Positions 1 to 6,106 of a stretch of DNA of 39,188 nucleotides are shown here, one piece after another; the first letter of the stretch is position 1, and every line of letters begins with the position of its first letter. The stretch is from positions 1-39,188 of the IMG/VR virus record IMGVR_UViG_3300028830_000027; one strand, given 5' to 3'. The notes below the pieces were generated by a model. The model worked only from the letters and a program-made list of their open reading frames with translations. It was not told the origin of the DNA and made no database searches. The position numbers and the translations under genes were made by a program. Source of the DNA: a virus.

Positions 1-141
1 GAAGTCATAGAGCCGCTGAGCGCCGACGCAAGATCATTAATCGACTTGAGCGCGGTTCCATCAAAGACCTGTTGTGTACGCTGTTGACCGGGCGACCGCT
101 TCACGCTCATATCCGCACGTAACGGGCGCATCAGCTCGGCC
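1..141. repeat. Terminal exact direct repeat, copy 1 (identical to 39048..39188)
   Basis: Bases 1-141 (gaagtcatagagccgctgag...gcatcagctcggcc) recur base-for-base as the last 141 nt of the window. The repeat lies inside the portal ORF, so it reads as a circularisation/assembly overlap. Confidence 0.95.
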
Positions 142-236
142 ATACGTTGCCAACCCTGCTCAGTCGTCATGCGCTGTTGCACCAGGGTCTCATAACGCTT
201 CACTACGCCTTCAGCACGTTTATCAATCGGGGGCAT
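1..236 (-). CDS. Portal (head-to-tail connector) protein, N-terminal segment, joined to 37637..39047 across the circular junction
   Basis: ATG at 236..234 is preceded by AGGAGGG 7 nt upstream. It reads MPPIDKRAEGVVKRYETLVQQRMTTEQGWQRMAEL and runs in frame into MRPLRADMSVKR, the start listed for ORF 37637..39178. Position 131 equals 39178 in the repeat, and 105 nt is 35 codons. Confidence 0.8.
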   Translation of the reverse strand, partial: MPPIDKRAEGVVKRYETLVQQRMTTEQGWQRMAELMRPLRADMSVKRSPGQQRTQQVFDGTALKSINDLASALSGSMT

Positions 237-237
237 A

Positions 238-930
238 CTAGAACCCTCCTAGAACAGAGCGGCTTGCAGTTCGGTTTTCAACTAAGGCCGCCGTGAGATC
301 TTCCTCACCTGGGCCCTTCTTGCGGAATGACCCGGCAACCTTACGCGCACGATCCGTACGGGCTTGTGATTCAGCAGAAGCACGGTCCTGTTCAAGCTGC
401 TTGGCGATTTCGTCCGGTGTGGGACCTGCGTTTATGTCGGGGGCTGAGGGTGCTTTCTTCCCGGCGTTCATGAGGGCGGGGATACCGGCTGCAAGGGGCG
501 CGACAGCACCGAGCGTACTCAACACAGACCCACCGCCGCCACTCCCGGCAACACCTGCTGTCAATGCACCGGGGGCGAGCCCTGCACCGGCTGTCCCACT
601 TGCACTACCAGCGGCACCTGCGGCGGCACTGCCAGCACCAAGCGCACTGGACGCGACCCCGAGGCCTGTTCCGACACCAGCAGCGGCACCGATTGCAGTT
701 CCCGCTATTTTCGCTGCCTTTGAACCAAGTACCGAGTCGATCTGCTTATCGAGGAGACCGCCTGTCAAAGCCTTTGCGTTATTACCCGCGAGAGACCGCA
801 CCGCACCGCTACTAAACGGCACATTAATTCGCATCTTGTTGATGTCCACGGAGCCGCCCGTGACTGTAGAAACTGCGCCAGCCGCAATATTCTTAACGGC
901 TTTTCCAATCCCTGACGCTACTTTTCCCAT
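238..930 (-). CDS. Gly/Ala-rich low-complexity protein (230 aa), function unknown
   Basis: GGAGGA SD 6 nt before the ATG at 930. The stop at 238-240 sits 1 nt from the portal start. The central ~110 aa are almost only G/A/S/T/L/V, and the C-terminus is charged. Confidence 0.6.
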   Translation of the reverse strand: MGKVASGIGKAVKNIAAGAVSTVTGGSVDINKMRINVPFSSGAVRSLAGNNAKALTGGLLDKQIDSVLGSKAAKIAGTAIGAAAGVGTGLGVASSALGAGSAAAGAAGSASGTAGAGLAPGALTAGVAGSGGGGSVLSTLGAVAPLAAGIPALMNAGKKAPSAPDINAGPTPDEIAKQLEQDRASAESQARTDRARKVAGSFRKKGPGEEDLTAALVENRTASRSVLGGF

Positions 931-1193
931 CGTGAATCCTCCAACGAACCTGTATAGGCGAAGTACCAGTTACACGGTAAGCTCTGATGCCATAGTTTAA
1001 CACTGCCGTTATGACCGTGTCCATTATGTTGCGTGTACAAGTGCGGACCATACACGGGCTTGTGGACCGCATGGAATAACGGACCGTACACCGCGCACAG
1101 GAGGTCCAAGTCGCTGTCAAGGGGCACGCGGAGTCCGTCACATAGCGTGACAAACCAGGCCAGAGCCATGGCTTCGTCGTACTCAGTTGTCAT
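918..1193 (-). CDS. Hypothetical small protein (91 aa; MTTEYDEAMALAWFVTLCDG...)
   Basis: Fills the otherwise empty 250-nt gap between TerL and the G/A-rich gene. Its ATG overlaps the last TerL codons and its stop overlaps the next gene by 13 nt. Composition is balanced, but there is no clear SD. Confidence 0.35.
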   Translation of the reverse strand: MTTEYDEAMALAWFVTLCDGLRVPLDSDLDLLCAVYGPLFHAVHKPVYGPHLYTQHNGHGHNGSVKLWHQSLPCNWYFAYTGSLEDSRWEK

Positions 1194-2574
1194 ACAGAGG
1201 GTTCTCGTCCTCGGCAGTGTACACAGCCTCGACATCGTACAGCGGATTGTAGGCCGTTTTGTACAGCGTTTCCAATGTGGGCTTTGCGATACGGCTGAGT
1301 CCTACGCACAGGTACCGCAACGAGTCGGCGCTATGTGAGGACCAATCGTGCAGCGGTTTATCGCTGAACACATGTGTCTCGTCGTCCCACTCTTTGTGAT
1401 AGTTGACGATGGCGTCGAGTGCGGTGTGTCCGGCCCACTTGGTCTTCCCGACGGTGTGCTCATCGAATCGGAAGCGAGGGAAGGACCGACGGACGATCTC
1501 GATACCCTCGTTGATGCTGAGCTTATCGACCACTGTCACACCGATGTTCCGGCTCCTGAATGCGCGAGTGACAAGTTCCTCTGTACTAAGGCCTGACTCC
1601 CACTGTCGCTGCTTGACATCGTGCGGGAAAAACATTCGCTCGTAGGTGTACGGCTTCTCCATCACATGCTTAAAGTAGTGGTCGAAGGATTGCGAGTGTC
1701 CTTGGTAGTAGTCTATGATGTGCACGTCGTCACCCACCAACTGCGCGAACCATATGGCGGTGCTGTCTCGTACGCCGATGTCCCACGCGGTGTAGACTGG
1801 AAGGCCTGGCTTGTACGCGACGGGTTCGATACGGCCTTGACTGTACAGCGCGTTAACAAGGTGCCCGTAGTACGAGCCCTGCATGGGAGCTTCGAAAGAA
1901 CAGTAGTACTCCTGCTGTGCCAAGTCAGGATCCATGCCGTCGTAGATTTCCTGCTCGACTTGGGCACGCGTGACAATTGGCGTTCCGTCGTGTCGTCGCG
2001 AATCCTCGATCGTAATCAACTCGGAGTACCATACGTCCGGGTTTGCTTTCGCCCGCTGGTACAAGTCGTACCCATGATTACGTCCGCGTGGAGTGTACAC
2101 GAACATCGCCCACCCGCCATTTGCTGTGAGGATCGGACGTGTGAGTTCCCACGCTTGCGGGTCACACAGAGCGTACTCACTGAAGATGACGCCACGGGGG
2201 TTAATGCCGACAAGGTTCTTCGAGATATTCTCGGTACCAATCACGTTGATGATGGAACCCATCTTGAGTTCAATACGTAGGTCTGACTCGTTGATATCCT
2301 TGATAATCTCACGCGGGATGTAATCAATGAAGCGCGTGCCTTCGTTATCCATGCCCTTGAAGATGACGGACTTACCGAGCTTGAACGTCGGCCAGTAGTA
2401 GTTGTATGTGCCTTTCTCTCGTAAGGCCGCTAACCACATCATGTTCCATGCGCGTAGGTCCTTGCCCCAACGCCGGTGAGCGACCGTGACGAGACGCTTG
2501 TACCCACGCAAGAACGCGTCGATAGCCGCTTGTTGGCCGTAGCGTGGTTTAAAGATCGGGACTATATCGCTCAT
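1183..2574 (-). CDS. terL: Terminase large subunit
   Basis: 463 aa. N-terminal ATPase with a Walker-A-like AHRRWGKD. Nuclease-half motifs TAWDIG and a C-terminal HDWSSHSADSLRY are typical of phage large terminases. ATGA overlap with the upstream gene. Confidence 0.9.
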   Translation of the reverse strand: MSDIVPIFKPRYGQQAAIDAFLRGYKRLVTVAHRRWGKDLRAWNMMWLAALREKGTYNYYWPTFKLGKSVIFKGMDNEGTRFIDYIPREIIKDINESDLRIELKMGSIINVIGTENISKNLVGINPRGVIFSEYALCDPQAWELTRPILTANGGWAMFVYTPRGRNHGYDLYQRAKANPDVWYSELITIEDSRRHDGTPIVTRAQVEQEIYDGMDPDLAQQEYYCSFEAPMQGSYYGHLVNALYSQGRIEPVAYKPGLPVYTAWDIGVRDSTAIWFAQLVGDDVHIIDYYQGHSQSFDHYFKHVMEKPYTYERMFFPHDVKQRQWESGLSTEELVTRAFRSRNIGVTVVDKLSINEGIEIVRRSFPRFRFDEHTVGKTKWAGHTALDAIVNYHKEWDDETHVFSDKPLHDWSSHSADSLRYLCVGLSRIAKPTLETLYKTAYNPLYDVEAVYTAEDENPLYDN

Positions 2575-2897
2575 TCGGTAGGTCCTTCAAGCTGTGGGGT
2601 CACGTCGATTGCGGCTTGTTCAGCGGCGGCAGCGGCGACCTGCTTTTCCTCCGTCGTCATGAACCAGTCCGGCATTTTAAACGTGTGTTCAACGGTGACT
2701 TTCGTGGAGGCAGGTGGGGCCAGTACGCCTGTCATACGGTCGATGGCTTCACAGGCCCGTAATTGGATATCAAGAGCGGGGTCGGTCTTCGTGTCCACCA
2801 CTGCGCCCTCGAACGCAAAGTACTGGTTCTTCTTCGCGTCAAGGAGTGCCACTTTCTTGTCGAATGAGGCCTTGATAGCCTCGGCTTGCTTTTCCAT
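2571..2897 (-). CDS. Small protein immediately upstream of TerL (108 aa from ATG 2897); candidate small terminase subunit or its C-terminal part
   Basis: ATGA-coupled to terL. The segment ALDIQLRACEAIDRMTGVL resembles the conserved helix of small terminases. Third-position G+C is only coding-like downstream of ATG 2897, and no SD precedes that ATG. Confidence 0.5.
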   Translation of the reverse strand: MEKQAEAIKASFDKKVALLDAKKNQYFAFEGAVVDTKTDPALDIQLRACEAIDRMTGVLAPPASTKVTVEHTFKMPDWFMTTEEKQVAAAAAEQAAIDVTPQLEGPTE

Positions 2898-3369
2898 TGT
2901 TACTCGAGCCAAGCTCAGGAGTAGCGAACGGGGATCGGTGGCCGGTGCACCCACAGTTCCGGCAGGGCGCGCTGCCTGTCGGGTGGATGTAGTCAAGGGT
3001 CGGGTCTGGGGTATCGGTGTACGCGGCTGGGTCACGATAGTAGATCCTTTGTAGAAAGAGTACCTCTGACGCGAACAGGACACGGGCGCGGATGTTGCGA
3101 GTTACACGACGGTACCGCTTGGGAATCCGGTACTTACGGCACAACGCGCTGAAGTGGTCACGGGTGCATACTACATAGTACGTGTAGGCCGTCTTGTAGT
3201 CAATAGGGACATCAGGGACAGGTGGAGGCCAGGTCGTCGGCGGTTGCAGTGTGCGGACGTTCGGCGGGAACGTGTTCAACCATTCGATTCGTTTCGCAGC
3301 CTTCTCAGCCGGTGTCAGCTTCTTGTACTGCTTGCGTGCCTCGGCTGCCTGGCGTGGTGAATTACTCAT
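2839..3369 (-). CDS. Basic protein (176 aa), possible DNA-binding or packaging-recognition protein
   Basis: AAGGA SD. The ATGAGTAA start overlaps the stop of the upstream gene. The N-terminus is Lys/Arg-rich, and this frame keeps a high third-position G+C to about 2900. Confidence 0.6.
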   Translation of the reverse strand: MSNSPRQAAEARKQYKKLTPAEKAAKRIEWLNTFPPNVRTLQPPTTWPPPVPDVPIDYKTAYTYYVVCTRDHFSALCRKYRIPKRYRRVTRNIRARVLFASEVLFLQRIYYRDPAAYTDTPDPTLDYIHPTGSAPCRNCGCTGHRSPFATPELGSSNNGKASRGYQGLIRQESGTP

Positions 3370-3994
3370 ATGCGTCCTTTACATGTGGGGGTCTGGGGTA
3401 CGCTGTCGAAGGCCAACGTGCGCGTTCAGTTGTGATGTCAAGGCCAACGAGAGCCGCTAAGTCCTCGTATGGGACACGCTCGTACGGGAACGTCTTCAGT
3501 CGGCGGGGGTCTGTCTGGAACACTTGGAGGACGCCGTTTCGAGTCGCCGTGAGTTTCAAGCGAGCGATGCCTTTTAAGCCTGTGAGGGCCGGGGAGACGT
3601 CCGCCACACGCCCACCCTGCTTTTCAACGAGGTACCGCACAGGCACCTCTACCGCGCCGACACGGTACCACGCGTACGGCGGGGGCATCACGGGACCAAG
3701 GGCGTAGTAGCGTAACGTGTTGCCGTAGTCGTGCCAGGTGTAGCCATTGTACGCACAGGTGTAGTAGATGAGGTTGAGTTGTTCGACTGTGGCGATGGTG
3801 CCGGGTGGGTACCCTAGCTTATACAGAAGCTCGCGGTAGTGAGCGTGTGCGGTCCGGCCTAGCGAGGGTTGTTCGGTGTGAAAGATGTACGCACGGCCGG
3901 GGTTGGAGGCGCGGCCCCAATGAGCGGGGGACAGAGGGGTGATCCACTTCGGCGTGGTGGCCTTGGTGCCGTCATTGAATACGACGAGGGACAT
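3362..3994 (-). CDS. Hypothetical protein (210 aa), first gene of the minus arm
   Basis: ATG at 3994 with CAGGAGG 9 nt upstream, which I prefer to the TTG at 4015. It lies directly downstream of a CGGTATAAT motif. Confidence 0.7.
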   Translation of the reverse strand: MSLVVFNDGTKATTPKWITPLSPAHWGRASNPGRAYIFHTEQPSLGRTAHAHYRELLYKLGYPPGTIATVEQLNLIYYTCAYNGYTWHDYGNTLRYYALGPVMPPPYAWYRVGAVEVPVRYLVEKQGGRVADVSPALTGLKGIARLKLTATRNGVLQVFQTDPRRLKTFPYERVPYEDLAALVGLDITTERARWPSTAYPRPPHVKDAYE

Positions 3995-4017
3995 AGCGAG
4001 AGACCTCCTGTGCAAAG

Positions 4018-4030
4018 ATTATACCGCGTG
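4018..4030 (-). promoter_or_regulatory. Promoter-like motif cacgcGGTATAAT (proximal, minus arm)
   Basis: The reverse complement of attataccgcgtg gives TATAAT about 7 nt before a purine, followed by the SD and ATG at 3994. One of 8 copies of this motif. Confidence 0.6.
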
Positions 4031-4077
4031 GAGGCGAGGCGGGTCAGGCTGTGGACAGACCGGTGGGGAGTACCGGC

Positions 4078-4092
4078 ATTATACCGTGCGTG
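4078..4092 (-). promoter_or_regulatory. Promoter-like motif cacgcacGGTATAAT (distal, tandem with 4018)
   Basis: Second copy 60 nt upstream of the first, in the same orientation. Confidence 0.5.
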
Positions 4093-4170
4093 CTAGTAGG
4101 TCTTTCGGCCTATCAGATGGCATAGGCCTAATGTGACGCACACGGAAAAGTGTTGTGGGGGTTGAAGTTA

Positions 4171-4253
4171 AGGGGGGTCCATACCCCTCCCCAGTAATAA
4201 GAAGAGTTAAGATCTTAATTAAGAGTGTGTGGGGAGGGTCAAACCACCCCCCT
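4171..4253. repeat. 83-bp imperfect palindrome centred on TTAAGATCTTAA
   Basis: AGGGGGGT..ACCCCTCCCCA..TTAAGATCTTAATTAA..TGGGGAGGGT..ACCCCCCT. GC-rich arms flank an AT-rich perfect 12-bp palindrome at 4207-4218. It sits between the outward-facing promoters. Confidence 0.85.
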
Positions 4254-4320
4254 AAGTGTAGGCGCCATCAGCCTTTTCCGCGTGTGTCGGGTAGGGGCGA
4301 CAAGGGCCCGGACACACTCC

Positions 4321-4330
4321 ACGGTATAAT
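4321..4330 (+). promoter_or_regulatory. Promoter-like motif ACGGTATAAT (start of plus arm)
   Basis: TATAAT at 4325-4330 with the conserved CACGG prefix. It faces the early genes, and the first SD-led ORF starts about 1 kb downstream at 5369. Confidence 0.55.
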
Positions 4331-4761
4331 CACGGTACCTACCCTCCGTCTGTCTTGAGGGTGGTGTGCGGTGGCGCACAGTGGGGTACGCGGCCCACAT
4401 GCCCAGGAAGGCCCCTAGCTGGCCTCAGGTGCGACGAGGGGCCCTCATGCGGGTCTTCGGTCGGTCTGCGGTGGGATCGCGCTGTGGCGGGCAAGGGCGT
4501 GCGGGGCCTGGGGTGGGCTGCGGTGTACTAGACAGATTCGCTGCGCTCATCTGTCGGTCCGGGGTACAGGTAGGTACAGGCAGGTAAAGGGTCAGCCAAG
4601 GCAGGGGGTAGCAGGGTACGCAGCCCTCGAACCTTTAGGAGGGTCAAAAGTACCTGTCCATGGCCGCACGCCTCCCTCGCCCTGGCACGCGAATTGCATT
4701 CCATGGGTATACCCCTCCCCTCACACTACAGGTAGTGGTCCAACAGGGTCCCCGGCCACTA

Positions 4762-4933
4762 CATGTGGGGGTACGCCGGGCACAAGCATTGCAGGGCACG
4801 ACACACAAGCACCCACGCTTGCAAGCATGTGAGGGGTACGCACTGCAAGCATGGACACGCTGCATGTGAAGCTTGGACAACACTGGACACGCGCACCCCT
4901 CCACTAACGGACACTAACAGACATGTGAGGGGT
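4762..4933. repeat. Cluster of short direct repeats (CATGTGRRG x4, GCAAGCATG x2, GGACAC x3)
   Basis: catgtgggggtacgc at 4762, catgtgaggggtacgc at 4826, catgtgaag at 4863, catgtgaggggt at 4922; gcaagcatg at 4821 and 4845. Confidence 0.7.
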
Positions 4934-5077
4934 TTAGGTGCAAGTGTGGTAAAAAGGAGACAGGGGCGTGTAACCAATGGCTACTCCACTCGCCCCCACT
5001 TCCGCCCACAAGCTACCACGGCTCCCCTCTCACCTACGCGCCTCTGCTAACCTTCTCAACCACTTACACCACTCCGC

Positions 5078-5134
5078 ACCCCTCCCCGGTAAGAGAAGAG
5101 CCCCTCTTAACTCTCTCTATTATCAGGGAGGGGT
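5078..5134 (+). repeat. Second copy of the ACCCCTCCCC..GGGAGGGGT element (long hairpin)
   Basis: acccctccc (5078-5086) pairs perfectly with gggaggggt (5126-5134). The 5' part, acccctccccggtaagagaagag, matches 4183-4206 (acccctccccagtaataagaagag). Confidence 0.8.
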
Positions 5135-5368
5135 ACCGACATACCTAACTCCTTGTAATCACACACGGTAGCGGCACTGTCACGTCATCCCCCATTTCAA
5201 CCCTGTGACACATTTGCGCCCCACACCGCACACAATCGCCCCACCCCTCTCACTCCTAACCCCCACCCAACGTGCCCGGCAACCTCACCACCACAACCTA
5301 TAACCGCCTCCCCTTGGCCTGTCGATTGCAATACACCTTATCAACGACGGTAAACAGAGGAGCCCACA

Positions 5369-5539
5369 ATGACGTACAACGAAGCAGCAGCCTTAATAGG
5401 GAAAGTTCGAGAGATAGAAGTGAACGGGTTAGCGGTCGATGTAATGGTCAACGATGTGAAACAGGCTTACGGCCGTACACGGTACCTTGTCAGCCCTGTA
5501 GCCGGCCGAGGGCAAGTGTGGGTCGAACGGTTGGTATGA
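5369..5539 (+). CDS. Small protein (56 aa), paralog of 6862..7050
   Basis: GAGGAG SD 6 nt upstream. MTYNEAAALIGKV...YGRTRYLVSPVAGRGQVWVERLV aligns with ...YMGKV...FGRPSFLVEPVAGEGQMWLEHV. Confidence 0.65.
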   Translation: MTYNEAAALIGKVREIEVNGLAVDVMVNDVKQAYGRTRYLVSPVAGRGQVWVERLV

Positions 5540-5568
5540 GAAACACAACAGTATAACCGGAGGAACCA

Positions 5569-5898
5569 ATGCACACACCGACACCTTGGAAGGTAGACAA
5601 AAATTGGATGGGGCCTGAATCTTACGGGGATGGAGACGGTATTCCAATTTTCCCAACTAGTGGCGGAGTAGCAATCTGCGATATTGTCGCGAGAAATGCA
5701 CACGGCCTTTCCCGCCCTGATATTCAGCAACAAGCTGAAGCTAACGCCGCCCTCATCGTCAAGGCTGTGAATTCGTATGAGGCGATGCTCGAGGCGCTGA
5801 AGGGTGCGCAAAATGACATCAATTTCCATGGCGGGAAATTATCCGGAGGAACGATTGATGCAATTAAGAAGGCTTTTACCCTAGCAGAAGGAAAGTAA
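5569..5898 (+). CDS. Hypothetical phage protein (109 aa)
   Basis: GGAGGA SD. The N-terminal HTPTPWKV and the later AEANAALIVKAVNSYEAMLEALK are a pattern I recognise from small conserved phage proteins of unknown function. Confidence 0.7.
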   Translation: MHTPTPWKVDKNWMGPESYGDGDGIPIFPTSGGVAICDIVARNAHGLSRPDIQQQAEANAALIVKAVNSYEAMLEALKGAQNDINFHGGKLSGGTIDAIKKAFTLAEGK

Positions 5899-5899
5899 T

Positions 5900-6106
5900 A
5901 TGAAGCAAAAAACGCGTCCATATGATGAACTTGAGGCATGGCTCCGTAATTACCTACGTCCGTTCCCTTTCACCACAGAGGAACGGCACGCGCTGTATAC
6001 AGCGTACCTCCGTATCGGTGTCGACGAAGGCTACTGTATTGAGAACGGGCGACTGTACCTCGGCCCAGGTACGAACCATACAACAACAAAGGAGCACGCA
6101 CAATGA
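5900..6106 (+). CDS. Hypothetical protein (68 aa)
   Basis: AAGGAAAG SD, tight spacing, ATGA overlap with the next gene. Confidence 0.65.
   Translation: MKQKTRPYDELEAWLRNYLRPFPFTTEERHALYTAYLRIGVDEGYCIENGRLYLGPGTNHTTTKEHAQ

Noticed and set aside
1-141. Interpreting the 141-nt end duplication as the phage's biological direct terminal repeat
   Set aside because: It lies within the portal coding sequence, and joining the ends restores one ORF. True podoviral terminal repeats are normally non-coding. A fixed-length assembler overlap on a circular graph is the simpler explanation, and it can be tested with read coverage.
293-1000. 235-aa plus-strand ORF antisense to the Gly/Ala-rich gene
   Set aside because: It is a mirror ORF created by the GC-rich low-complexity repeat (a Pro/Ala/Arg-rich product). 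It has no SD and runs against the uninterrupted minus-strand operon. The minus-strand ORF has a strong SD and abuts the portal start.
1621-2280. Long antisense ORFs inside well-supported genes (1621..2280 in terL; 15794..16237 in the SSB-like gene; 18061..18738 and 18593..19210 in polymerase/phosphoesterase; 30658..31239 in tubular B; 35296..35886 in capsid; 36438..37007 in scaffold; 24217..24666, 25107..25511, 26265..26669 and 27811..28209 in the large virion protein)
   Set aside because: They lie opposite genes with clear family motifs, lack SDs, and give Arg/Ser/Pro-rich products typical of antisense frames in moderately GC-rich DNA.
4561-4590. CRISPR-like or tandem-repeat array (GGGTACAGG TAGGTACAGG CAGGTAAAGG)
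   Set aside because: Only three contiguous, imperfect 10-nt units with no spacers. It is a short phased repeat within the control region, not a CRISPR array.
4155-5171. Several 64-95-aa ORFs on both strands inside the control region (4155..4358, 4366..4587, 4660..4869, 4763..5050, 4977..5171 and others)
   Set aside because: Their products are Arg/Pro/Gly/His-rich, driven by the biased composition. None has an SD at a usable distance: AGGAGG-like tracts sit 16-17 nt from the ATGs at 4660 and 4977. The ORFs overlap each other in all frames.
4016-5368. tRNA or other canonical RNA genes in the large non-coding regions (also 9377-9702, 10777-11076 and 36223-36445)
   Set aside because: I found no cloverleaf-compatible arrangement. 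A GGTTCGAG at about 4627-4634 on the minus strand lacks flanking T-stem complementarity. I also found no rRNA-like sequence. This was a manual scan only, so a dedicated tRNA or ncRNA search should still be run.
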